A stretch of 57,503 nucleotides of DNA from an uncultured Candidatus Saccharibacteria bacterium (lineage in GTDB: Bacteria > Patescibacteriota > Doudnabacteria > UBA920). The position numbers and the translations under genes are program-made. The stretch covers positions 1-57,503 of the forward strand of contig CAZFQP010000005.1 of the NCBI GenBank assembly GCA_964520505.1. The letters run 5' to 3'. Shown piece by piece: positions 1 to 9,000 of this stretch (position 1 is the stretch's first letter; every line of letters starts with the position of its first letter). The notes under the pieces are model-generated. The model made no database searches. It had not been told where the DNA came from and saw nothing but the letters and a program-made list of their open reading frames with translations.

Positions 1-117
1 AGCAAAACCGAAGCCCTCGACATCCTAAAAACCGAACTAAAACCCGGTGACGTCGTCATAATAATGGCCGTAGGCTCCTTCAACCGCCTAGCCTATGAAC
101 TTAAGGAAGTAATATAA
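1..117 (+). CDS. 3' end of a Mur-ligase-like gene (partial, start outside window)
   Basis: Frame 1 is open from base 1 to TAA at 115-117 (SKTEALDILKTELKPGDVVIIMAVGSFNRLAYELKEVI). The GDxVxxMxxG tail resembles MurC/Mpl-type ligase C-termini. The fragment is short, so the call is weak. Confidence 0.35.
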   Translation, partial: SKTEALDILKTELKPGDVVIIMAVGSFNRLAYELKEVI

Positions 118-127
118 AAATAATTAT

Positions 128-751
128 ATGTTAGTTTTTATTGACGATTCCGGAGATGCCGGCTTTAAACTTGAAAAAGGTTCAACTAATTTTTTTATTA
201 TTGCTATGGTTGTGTTCGATGATGAGTTGGAAGCGGAAAAGGTTGCCGTCGCCATTAAAGAATTAAGAAGAAGTTTGGGCTGGGAAAATTATAGAGAGTT
301 CAGATTTTTTAAACTCTCAAGAGATATTAGACTAAAGTTTCTAAAAGCTATTTCACATTTTGATTTTCGAGTTAGGGCTTTGGTTGTTGAAAAAAAATTA
401 ATTCGAAGTGACGAACTTCGCAATAAAAAAGACAAATTTTACAGTTACTTTATTAAAGAAGCTTTAAAACACAATGGCGGAAAAATTTTAAATGCAAAAA
501 TAAAAATTGACGGCAGCGGTGATAGGATTTTTAGGAAAAGTTTTCTTGGATACTTGCGCAGAGAATTGAACAGTATTGATCATACAGTCATGAAGCATTG
601 CAAAATGGAAGATTCTAAAAATAATGTTTTAATTCAAATGGCGGATGTCGTTGCTGGTAGTATTCACCGTTATTATTCAGAAAAAAAGGACGCAAAAGAT
701 TATAAAATTTTAATAAAAAACCATATTGAGGATGAGTGGAAATTTGGATAA
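128..751 (+). CDS. DUF3800 family protein
   Basis: The N-terminus MLVFIDDSGD and the C-terminal LIQMADVVAGSI match the acidic-residue pattern of DUF3800 (RNase H-like fold) proteins. Confidence 0.7.
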   Translation: MLVFIDDSGDAGFKLEKGSTNFFIIAMVVFDDELEAEKVAVAIKELRRSLGWENYREFRFFKLSRDIRLKFLKAISHFDFRVRALVVEKKLIRSDELRNKKDKFYSYFIKEALKHNGGKILNAKIKIDGSGDRIFRKSFLGYLRRELNSIDHTVMKHCKMEDSKNNVLIQMADVVAGSIHRYYSEKKDAKDYKILIKNHIEDEWKFG

Positions 752-753
752 TA

Positions 754-779
754 AAAAAAAGCCCAATTAAGGGCTTTTT
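754..779 (+). terminator. Rho-independent terminator-like hairpin after the DUF3800 gene
   Basis: AAAAAGCCC-AATTAA-GGGCTTTTT lies directly after the stop codon. Confidence 0.55.
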
Positions 780-951
780 CCAACCACGTTCCTAGATTAG
801 TGTCCTAATCACGCCACCATACGGAGACAGTTCGGAGTACAGGTTTTTGTATGCCTATTATACCATATCCACTACCAAGTTGTCCACAAGGTACGAAAGT
901 GCTAAAATAAGCGGGTAATGGCTAATAAAATGCGTAATAAGAGTTTTACGT

Positions 952-1614
952 ATGCCTATAAAAAACATACACAAAATTGAACAACCCAGAGAGCGATTAA
1001 TTAAATACGGAGCGGGCAAGTTAAATAATCCCGATCTCCTGGCTATTTTATTGCATACCGGTCCAAAGGGGACAGGAGTAATGGAACTTGCGGCTAAAAT
1101 TTTTAAACAATTTCCGGAAAACAAACTGGCTAACGCGAGTTTTAAGGAACTAAAAAATATCCACGGCATTGGCCCGGCCAAGGCTTGTGAAATTGTGGCA
1201 ATGTTTGAACTTGGCCGTAGACTGCTTTTGGACAAGCCGGCGGCGTTAATTATTTCACCAAGGGAAGTTTGGGATCAGCTTAAAGATATTCGGACAAACA
1301 AAAAGGAACACTTTGTTGTGTTCTTTTTAAATACCCAAAACCAGGAAATTCAGCGAGAGCTTGTATCTGTTGGCACACTAAATGCTTCTTTAATCCACCC
1401 GCGCGAAGTGTTTGAACCGGCTATAAAACATTTAGCCGCGCACGTTATACTTGCCCACAACCACCCTTCCGGGAGCCTTGATCCTAGTAATGAAGATATC
1501 GCAGTCACCAAACGCCTGTCAGACGCCGGCCGTTTACTGGGAATTGAAGTGCTTGACCAAGTAATCGTCACTGCCAAAGGATACACAAGTTTTAAAGAAA
1601 AGAACTTGTTATAG
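952..1614 (+). CDS. radC: RadC-like JAB-domain protein (UPF0758)
   Basis: An N-terminal HhH-like region (PRERLIKYGAGKLNNPDLLAILL) is followed by the JAMM motif HNHPSGSLDPSNEDIAVTKRL. Confidence 0.85.
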   Translation: MPIKNIHKIEQPRERLIKYGAGKLNNPDLLAILLHTGPKGTGVMELAAKIFKQFPENKLANASFKELKNIHGIGPAKACEIVAMFELGRRLLLDKPAALIISPREVWDQLKDIRTNKKEHFVVFFLNTQNQEIQRELVSVGTLNASLIHPREVFEPAIKHLAAHVILAHNHPSGSLDPSNEDIAVTKRLSDAGRLLGIEVLDQVIVTAKGYTSFKEKNLL

Positions 1615-1623
1615 TTTTTTATT

Positions 1624-1682
1624 GTCATTGCGAGTACATCCGAAGCAATCTCTTATGTGTCATCCCGGACCCCGATCCGGGA
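1624..1682. repeat. GC-rich hairpin repeat cluster
   Basis: The 29-nt motif GTCATTGCGAGTACATCCGAAGCAATCTC (1624-1652) recurs with one mismatch at 33887-33915 inside murD. It is followed by the hairpin TCCCGGA-CCCCGA-TCCGGGA (1663-1682). Confidence 0.8.
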
Positions 1683-1752
1683 TCCAGATGATAGGCATGT
1701 TTTAATTCTGCGACATGTAACAGTCGGAGCGCTTTTCCGTCTATATTTAGCT

Positions 1753-2034
1753 ATGCGCAAAATCAAAAAAACAATTAAATTAAGACTCAATAGAATTTGC
1801 TCATGTTGCGGAAAGCCGCTCGCGGTAATTATATATACAGATAAATCTTACAGAGGCGGACACTATTTTGGAAAGATTCCAATTTCAACAGACAAAGAGT
1901 GGAAAAAGGCAATAAAGGCTGGCACCAAGCCATGGAATTTTCATGGTACTATTTTACAAGTAATGAAAAAAGACCCTGTGCCTTACAAGTTACTTGAGGA
2001 TTGGGAATGCTCTAAGTGTTATTGGAAAAGATAA
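1753..2034 (+). CDS. small Cys-rich (zinc-ribbon-like) protein
   Basis: The ORF-track entry 1657-2034 begins inside the repeat cluster. ATG at 1753 (MRKIKKTIK...) is the more plausible start. There are CxxC pairs at both ends (CSCC...; CSKC). Confidence 0.45.
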   Translation: MRKIKKTIKLRLNRICSCCGKPLAVIIYTDKSYRGGHYFGKIPISTDKEWKKAIKAGTKPWNFHGTILQVMKKDPVPYKLLEDWECSKCYWKR

Positions 2035-2059
2035 TGTCTTAAGTTATTACTTTATATAT

Positions 2060-2082
2060 ACCCGCCCAAACGCGGGTTTTGT
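2060..2082 (+). terminator. terminator-like hairpin
   Basis: ACCCGC-CCAAAC-GCGGGT is followed by TTTGTTG. Confidence 0.5.
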
Positions 2083-2088
2083 TGTATT

Positions 2089-2116
2089 TTGAGTGGAAAA
2101 AGAGTAAAATTATAAA
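2089..2116 (+). promoter_or_regulatory. candidate sigma70-type promoter for the hsd operon
   Basis: TTGAGT (2089-2094), 16-nt spacer, TATAAA (2111-2116), about 50 nt upstream of hsdM. Confidence 0.3.
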
Positions 2117-2166
2117 GTGAATATTAGCTCCTAAAGAGTGGGCTCCCAATTAAACATTAGTAATAA

Positions 2167-3747
2167 ATGCAAAATAATAAATCAAATTTAAACACAACTA
2201 AAGAACAAGAGCGAGCAGAGCTTCATAGGGCTATTTGGCAGATTGCCAATGACTTGAGGGGAAGCGTAGATGGTTGGGATTTTAAGCAATATGTGTTAGG
2301 AATACTTTTTTATCGTTTTATTAGCGAAAATCTTACTAACTATATTAATACTGACGAACATCGGTCGGGGAAAAAAGATTTTGATTACACTAAACTTTCA
2401 GACAAAGAAGCGGAGTTTGGTCGCGCTGACACTGTAAAAGAAAAGGGGTTTTATATTTTACCCAGCGAGTTATTTGTTAATGTTCGCAAAAATGCTCGCA
2501 ATGACGCGAACTTAAACGAAACACTTTCGAATATTTTTAGTAATATTGAAAACTCCGCGAAAGGCTCAAGCAGTGAAGACGACTTAAAAGGACTGTTTGA
2601 TGACTTAGATGTTAATTCGAATAAACTTGGTGCTAATGTTGAAAAAAGAAATCAAAGGTTAGTTAAACTCTTAGAAGCTATTGGCGATTTACGTCTTGGT
2701 GATTATGGAGATAATACAATTGATGCATTCGGCGATGCCTATGAGTTTCTTATGACTATGTATGCTTCCAATGCCGGCAAGTCCGGAGGAGAATTTTTTA
2801 CTCCTCAGGAAGTAAGTGAGCTCCTTGCAGAAATTACCACCGTTGGTAAAAAAGAAGTTAACAAAGTTTATGATCCTGCCTGTGGTTCAGGTTCTTTACT
2901 TCTTAAATTTTCCAAAGTTCTCGGTAAGGAAAATGTCCGGCAAGGTTTCTTCGGTCAGGAAATAAACCTTACTACATACAACCTTTGCCGTATTAATATG
3001 TTCCTGCACGATATTAATTATAATAATTTTGACATTGCTCACGGCGACACGCTTATTGACCCAAAACATTGGGACGACGAGCCGTTTGATGCCATAGTTT
3101 CTAATCCGCCATACTCCATTAAGTGGGAAGGCGATGCAAACCCACTTTTAATAAATGATCCTCGTTTTTCTCCTGCCGGAGTTCTTGCCCCAAAAAGCAA
3201 GGCCGATTTGGCATTTACTATGCATATGCTTTCCTGGCTTTCAACAAGCGGTACTGCGGCTATTGTTGAGTTTCCTGGCGTTCTTTACCGCGGGGGAGCT
3301 GAACAAAAAATTCGTAAATATTTAATTGATAACAACTATGTTGATGCGGTTATCCAATTACCGCCCGATCTTTTTTTTGGGACAACAATAGCAACTTGTG
3401 TTGTAATTTTAAAAAAGAGCAAAAAAGACAATAAAACTTTGTTTATTGATGCTTCGGCTGAGTTTGTGAGAGGTGGTAATAAAAATAAATTAAGTGAAGA
3501 AAACCGCAAAAAGATTCTCAATGCTTTTATTGAACGTAAAGATGTAGAATACTTTGTAAAAGTTGTAGATAACAAAGTAATTTCCGAAAACGACTACAAT
3601 ATAGCTGTTTCAAGCTATGTTACCGCAGAAGACACTCGCGAAATAGTAGACATAACCACCCTCAATGCAGAAATTACTAAGATAGTTGCAAGACAAAACG
3701 AACTTCGCACGGCGATTGATAAGATTGTGGCGAATATTGAAAATTAA
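2167..3747 (+). CDS. hsdM: type I restriction-modification system, methyltransferase subunit HsdM
   Basis: HsdM N-terminal domain (LWQIANDLRGSVDGWDFKQYVLGILFYRF), AdoMet motif YDPACGSGSLL and catalytic NPPYS motif (SNPPYSIKW). Confidence 0.95.
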   Translation: MQNNKSNLNTTKEQERAELHRAIWQIANDLRGSVDGWDFKQYVLGILFYRFISENLTNYINTDEHRSGKKDFDYTKLSDKEAEFGRADTVKEKGFYILPSELFVNVRKNARNDANLNETLSNIFSNIENSAKGSSSEDDLKGLFDDLDVNSNKLGANVEKRNQRLVKLLEAIGDLRLGDYGDNTIDAFGDAYEFLMTMYASNAGKSGGEFFTPQEVSELLAEITTVGKKEVNKVYDPACGSGSLLLKFSKVLGKENVRQGFFGQEINLTTYNLCRINMFLHDINYNNFDIAHGDTLIDPKHWDDEPFDAIVSNPPYSIKWEGDANPLLINDPRFSPAGVLAPKSKADLAFTMHMLSWLSTSGTAAIVEFPGVLYRGGAEQKIRKYLIDNNYVDAVIQLPPDLFFGTTIATCVVILKKSKKDNKTLFIDASAEFVRGGNKNKLSEENRKKILNAFIERKDVEYFVKVVDNKVISENDYNIAVSSYVTAEDTREIVDITTLNAEITKIVARQNELRTAIDKIVANIEN

Positions 3748-3760
3748 GTATAAGTATTAT

Positions 3761-4204
3761 ATGGAAAATGAAAATTTAAAACAGAACAACCATGGTCCAA
3801 ATAAAATTGCACATCTACAAATGATTCAAGGCGTAATTGACAGAATGGGCGGTAATTTATTTTATCTACGTGGGTGGTCAATTACTTTGCTCGCAGGTCT
3901 TTTTGCTTTTTCTACATCTGGAATTTTACCAGATGGTAAATGGTCAATTTTTCTATTAGTGATTTTATTATTTCTATTTTGGGTTTTGGATGGTTATTTC
4001 CTTTCTCTAGAACGATGTTTTAGAGATTTGTATGATAAAATACGAAAAACAAATGAGAACGAAATTGATTTTTCAATGAATATTAGTGAGTTTATAAAAT
4101 TACGAGACAGATCTCCATTACGAACCATGTTCAGACCAACATTATTTTGGTTTTACGGAATACTTTTAATTTCTATGTCAATAATTATGAAATTAACTTG
4201 GTAA
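3761..4204 (+). CDS. small multi-pass membrane protein (147 aa), unknown function
   Basis: ATG lies 13 nt after the hsdM stop. There are three hydrophobic segments (WSITLLAGLFAFSTSGIL, WSIFLLVILLFLFWVLDGYFL, TLFWFYGILLISMSIIMKL). The track ORF start at 3686 overlaps hsdM and is unlikely. Confidence 0.6.
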   Translation: MENENLKQNNHGPNKIAHLQMIQGVIDRMGGNLFYLRGWSITLLAGLFAFSTSGILPDGKWSIFLLVILLFLFWVLDGYFLSLERCFRDLYDKIRKTNENEIDFSMNISEFIKLRDRSPLRTMFRPTLFWFYGILLISMSIIMKLTW

Positions 4205-4208
4205 AAAT

Positions 4209-4901
4209 ATGGCAAAAATATTTATTAGCTATAAATATGGGGATAAATATGTGGGGCAGCATAATTCTTATAATCACACTGAGTGGTTACTCGATTCAGA
4301 AAATGGCAATTACTTAACAGCAAGAGATTATGTGACTTATTTAATGGAAAAAGTTTTAACAGACCATACAAATAAAGCAGAAAAAGATGATGAAGATCTT
4401 AGCTATCTTACTGAGGAAACGATACAGAAAAAATTATATGATAGAATCTACGATAGCACCGTAACTATAATTTTGCTTTCCAAAAATATGAAAGAATCCA
4501 AAGAGGAAAAATTGCAATGGATTCCGCGTGAAATTTCTTATTCTCTTAGAGAGAAAACAAAAGAAGATAGGACTAGTTATACAAATGGGATTTTAGTGGT
4601 GGCTTTGCCTGATGAAAAAGATAATTATGATCACGCAGTAATTAATAAAAATTGTGGGGTGAGAAGTTGGCAAACGGGATCATTTTTCAAAATCATTTAT
4701 AAAAATATGTTTAATAGGAAAGACAAAAAACAAACAATGTGCGATTCTTGTTTTAATTATCACCACAACGGAGATGATCACTCATACATTCATCCGGTTA
4801 AATGGGATGATTTTATAAAAGATCATAATAAATATATTAATTTTGTTTTAAATTTAAAGGAAAGACTTGATGAATTTGAATTGACTAAGATTCACGATTA
4901 A
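4209..4901 (+). CDS. ThsB-like TIR-domain (DUF1863-type) protein
   Basis: MAKIFISYKYGD, then STVTIILLSKNM, LQWIPREISYSL and GILVVALPD. This reproduces the strand pattern and conserved Glu of bacterial ThsB-type TIR domains. The C-terminal part is Cys/His-rich. Confidence 0.65.
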   Translation: MAKIFISYKYGDKYVGQHNSYNHTEWLLDSENGNYLTARDYVTYLMEKVLTDHTNKAEKDDEDLSYLTEETIQKKLYDRIYDSTVTIILLSKNMKESKEEKLQWIPREISYSLREKTKEDRTSYTNGILVVALPDEKDNYDHAVINKNCGVRSWQTGSFFKIIYKNMFNRKDKKQTMCDSCFNYHHNGDDHSYIHPVKWDDFIKDHNKYINFVLNLKERLDEFELTKIHD

Positions 4902-4902
4902 T

Positions 4903-6090
4903 ATGGCCAAACATACTAGTAAAATTGAAAAATTAATCGCTGAACTCTGTCCGAATGGGGTTGAGTTTAAAAAATTGGGTAAATTAGCAAGTATAGAAAC
5001 CGGAACCCAGCTAAATAAAACTACAATGGCAAAAACTGGCGATTATCCGGTTTTGAATGGTGGTATAAATCCATCTGGTTTTTATCATGAATTCAATACT
5101 GAAGAAAATACAATAGCAATAAGTCAAGGTGGCGCGTCGGCTGGTTATGTAAATTTTGTTACAACAAAATTTTGGGCAGGTGCACATTGTTTTGTCGTAA
5201 AACCCACAAATAACGAAGTTAATAACCGGTATTTATATTTTCTTTTAAAAAATGGGCAGGAAAAATTACAAAGCGCAAAATTAGGCGCAGGTATACCAGG
5301 ACTTAATAAAAAGGAATTACAAAATTTCAAAATTCCTCTGCCACCACTTGCAATTCAAGAAGAAATTGTAAAAATTCTTAATAATTTTACAGAACTAGAA
5401 GCAGAACTAGAAGCAGAACTAGAAGCAAGAAAGAAACAGTATGAGCATTATCGCTCTCAGCTTTTGACATTTAAGGAAGAGGGGGGGGTACAATGGGTTA
5501 GGCTTAATGATATTGGCACTTTAATCAGAGGAAATGGATTGCAAAAGAAAGATTTTGCTGAAGCTGGCGTTGGTTGCATTCACTATGGGCAAATTTACAC
5601 ATATTACGGAACATTTACTGATAAAACTAAATCATTTGTGTCACCTGAGTTGGCAAAAAAATTGAAAAAAGTACAAAAAGGAGATGTGATAATAACTAAC
5701 ACCAGTGAAAACTTAGAAGATGTTGGTAAAGCGGTTGTTTGGTGCGGAGATAATGAAATTGTAACGGGTGGACACGCAACAATTTTTAAACCAAAAAATA
5801 TTCTTGGAAAATATTTTGCTTATTACACACAAACTAAAATGTTTTTTGACGAGAAAAGAAAATATGCAAAAGGCACAAAAGTTATAGATGTTTCAGCAAG
5901 AGATATGGGTAAAATAAAAATTCCGCTTCCGCCAATTGATATGCAAGAACGAGTTGTGTCAATTCTTGATAAATTTGACGCATTGGTGAACGATATTTCA
6001 ATAGGTCTGCCGGCGGAGATTAAGGCGCGGAGGCAACAGTATGAATATTATAGAGGAAAACTTTTAACTTTTAAGGAATATGTCAAGTAA
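4903..6090 (+). CDS. hsdS: type I restriction-modification system, specificity subunit HsdS
   Basis: Two target-recognition halves are each followed by a conserved helix (LPPLAIQEEIVKIL...YEHYRSQLLTF and LPPIDMQERVVSIL...YEYYRGKLLTF). Confidence 0.9.
   Translation: MAKHTSKIEKLIAELCPNGVEFKKLGKLASIETGTQLNKTTMAKTGDYPVLNGGINPSGFYHEFNTEENTIAISQGGASAGYVNFVTTKFWAGAHCFVVKPTNNEVNNRYLYFLLKNGQEKLQSAKLGAGIPGLNKKELQNFKIPLPPLAIQEEIVKILNNFTELEAELEAELEARKKQYEHYRSQLLTFKEEGGVQWVRLNDIGTLIRGNGLQKKDFAEAGVGCIHYGQIYTYYGTFTDKTKSFVSPELAKKLKKVQKGDVIITNTSENLEDVGKAVVWCGDNEIVTGGHATIFKPKNILGKYFAYYTQTKMFFDEKRKYAKGTKVIDVSARDMGKIKIPLPPIDMQERVVSILDKFDALVNDISIGLPAEIKARRQQYEYYRGKLLTFKEYVK
5392..5427 (+). repeat. perfect 12-bp x3 tandem repeat (GAACTAGAAGCA) in the hsdS central spacer helix
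   Basis: Read directly from the sequence. It encodes ELEAELEAELEA. Confidence 0.95.
5481..5488 (+). repeat. G8 homopolymer tract inside hsdS
   Basis: gaG GGG GGG Gta encodes E-G-G-V, just after the central conserved region. Confidence 0.95.
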
Positions 6091-9000
6091 TTTTAAATAC
6101 AATTTAGTTTCGGAAAATCCGCAAAGTACTGTGGTGGGTGAGTATGTGGCGGAAACTGCGCGCGTGGCTTATTATCAAAGCGAGGCGGAGTTAGAAAGTG
6201 CGTTTATAAAACAACTTGAAACACAGGCATACGATTATTTAAAAATAACGTCGGAGGCTGACTTAATTTTAAATTTACGCAAGCAGTTAGAAAAGCTCAA
6301 CGGTTTTACTTTTACCAATATTGAATGGGACCATTTTTTTGTTAGTGAATTAGCAAATCCAAATCAGAGTATTGAAGAAAAAACCGCAACAATTCAAGAA
6401 GATCATATTAAAAACTTAACCCGCGACGACGGGTCGATTAAGAATATTTACCTGATTAAAAAAGATAATATTCACGACAATAGTTTGCAGGTAATTAATC
6501 AATACTCAACCGAAGACGGGCAGAGTTCTAATAGGTATGATGTAACTGTACTTGTAAATGGTTTGCCTCTTATTCATATTGAACTTAAACGCCGTGGAGT
6601 TGCCATTAAAGAAGCCTTTAATCAAATTAACCGCTACCAAAGGGAGAGTTTTTGGGCTTCGTCTGGGCTTTTTGAATATGTTCAGTTGTTCGTAATTTCT
6701 AACGGAACCCATACCAAGTATTACAGTAATACAACAAGGTTAGAACATATTAAAGAAGCAAACGAAGGCGCAGCGAAAAAAGGGAAAAGAACGAGTAATA
6801 GTTTTGAATTTACCAGTTGGTGGGCAGATGCGACTAATCGCCCAATAACTGACCTTATGGATTTTGCAAAAACTTTTTTTGCAAAGCATGTAATTTTAAA
6901 TATTTTAACCAAGTATTGTGTATTTACTACTGATCGTCTTTTGTTGGTTATGAGGCCGTATCAGATAGTGGCTACTGAAAGAATACTCAGCCGCATAGAA
7001 GTGAGTACAAATTATAAAAAACTTGGGACAACGGAAGCGGGTGGATATATTTGGCATACGACAGGATCCGGAAAAACTTTAACTAGTTTTAAAACCGCAC
7101 AATTGGTTAGTAAATTGCCTTATATCGAAAAGGTATTGTTTGTGGTTGACCGTAAAGATTTGGATTATCAGACAATGCGTGAATACGATAAGTTTGAAAA
7201 AGGCGCTGCAAATAGCAATACAAGTACCGCTATTCTTAAAAAACAATTAGAAAATCCAAATTCAAGAATAATTATTACCACAATTCAGAAATTGGATCGA
7301 TTTATTGGTCGCAATGTAGGGCATAATATTTTTGATGGCCATATAGTTATTATTTTTGACGAATGCCACCGTTCACAGTTTGGCGATATGCATGCGGCAA
7401 TTGCCAAAGCATTTAAGAACTACCACATTTTTGGGTTTACCGGCACTCCTATTTTTGCAATTAATGCTTCTTCTAGTGGTCGGCCAGACCTAAAAACAAC
7501 AGAGCAGGCATTTGGTAATAAGTTACATACATATACAATTGTTGATGCGATTGCAGATAAGAACGTCTTACCTTTTAAAGTGGATTATATTTCTACTGTT
7601 CATGAAGCTGAAAATATTGAAGATAAAAAAGTAAGCGATATTGATCGTGAGGCAATACTTGCCGCCCCAGAGCGTTTAGAGAATATTGTTCGTTATATTT
7701 GCGAACATTTTGACCAAAAAACTAAGCGCAATAGTTATTACAAGATAAAGGAAAGAAGGTTGGCCGGATTCAATTCAATTTTCGCTGTATCTTCTATTGA
7801 AATTGCAAAAAAGTATTACGCCGAGTTTAAAAAACAGCTTGCAGATCTACCAAGTGATAAACGACTGAAAGTCGCGACAATCTATAGTTTTGGAGTAAAT
7901 GATGAAGATGCAGATGGAATGATTGATGAAAACTCAGAAGACACCAGTGGATTGGATGTAAGTTCCAGAGATTTTCTTGAAAACGCTATTGCGGATTATA
8001 ACGTAATGTTTGGAACCTCATACGATACATCTTCCGATAAATTCCAAAATTACTACAAAGACGTTAGCCAGAGAGTAAAAGATAGAGAAATAGATATACT
8101 TATTGTGGTGAATATGTTTTTAACTGGATTTGATGCAACTACTCTAAACACTCTTTGGGTAGACAAGAATTTGCGTTTACATGGCCTTTTGCAGGCTTAT
8201 TCTCGAACTAATCGAATATTAAATAGTGTAAAGACTTTTGGTAATATTATTTGTTTCCGTAATTTAGAAAAGGCTACCAATGAAGCTATTGCTCTTTTTG
8301 GTGACAAAGAAGCAAGCGGCATTGTTCTTCTCAAAGCATACGCTGATTATTACCATGGGTACAAAGATGGGGATAAAGAAGTTCGGGGTTATGAGAGTTT
8401 TGTTAAAGAACTTCTCGAAAAATTCCCTGTTGGCCAAAGAATTTTGGGGGAACAAAACCAAAAGGACTTTATAAAATTGTATGGAGCTATTTTACGCCTC
8501 CGAAATATATTGGTAACTTTTGATGAATTCGCTGGAAATGAAATATTGACGGAAAGAGATGTACAGGATTATCACAGCATGTACATTGATATTTATAATG
8601 AATTTAGAAAGATTGCAGAAGAAGAGAAAGAGAATGTTAATGATGATGTTGTCTTTGAGATGGAGCTTATCAAACAAATTGAAATTAATATTGATTATGT
8701 ATTAAGTCTTGTTAAAAAATATCATGAAGACCATACTAAGAATCGTGAGCTTTTGATTGATATAAATAAGGCAATTGATTCAAGTGTTGAACTTAGAAAC
8801 AAGAAAGACCTTATTAATCAATTTATTACATCTTTAAATGTTAATTCTGTTGTCGATAAAGACTGGCAGAAGTTTGTGGAACAGAAGAAGGTTGAAGAAT
8901 TGGAAAAGATAATCGAAAACGAAAATCTTGATCGAGAAGCTACATATACATTTATAACCAATGCTTTCCGCGATGGCCGTGTGGCGACCACCGGCACAGC

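Noticed and set aside
780-950. Possible tRNA or ncRNA in the 200-nt spacer upstream of radC
   Set aside because: No cloverleaf, T-loop (GTTCRANYC) or other hallmark was found on either strand. There is only a weak TTGTCC-17-TAAAAT promoter-like match (880-908).
858-1235. 125-aa minus-strand ORF overlapping radC
   Set aside because: It is antisense to a well-supported RadC gene. It is Ser/Leu-rich shadow sequence with no start context.
5392-5427. CRISPR array check (this repeat, the 24-bp palindromes and the 85-nt atp repeats)
   Set aside because: There is no series of regularly spaced direct repeats with unique spacers anywhere. These repeats are tandem and in-frame, or are only two or three dispersed copies. 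No cas genes were seen.
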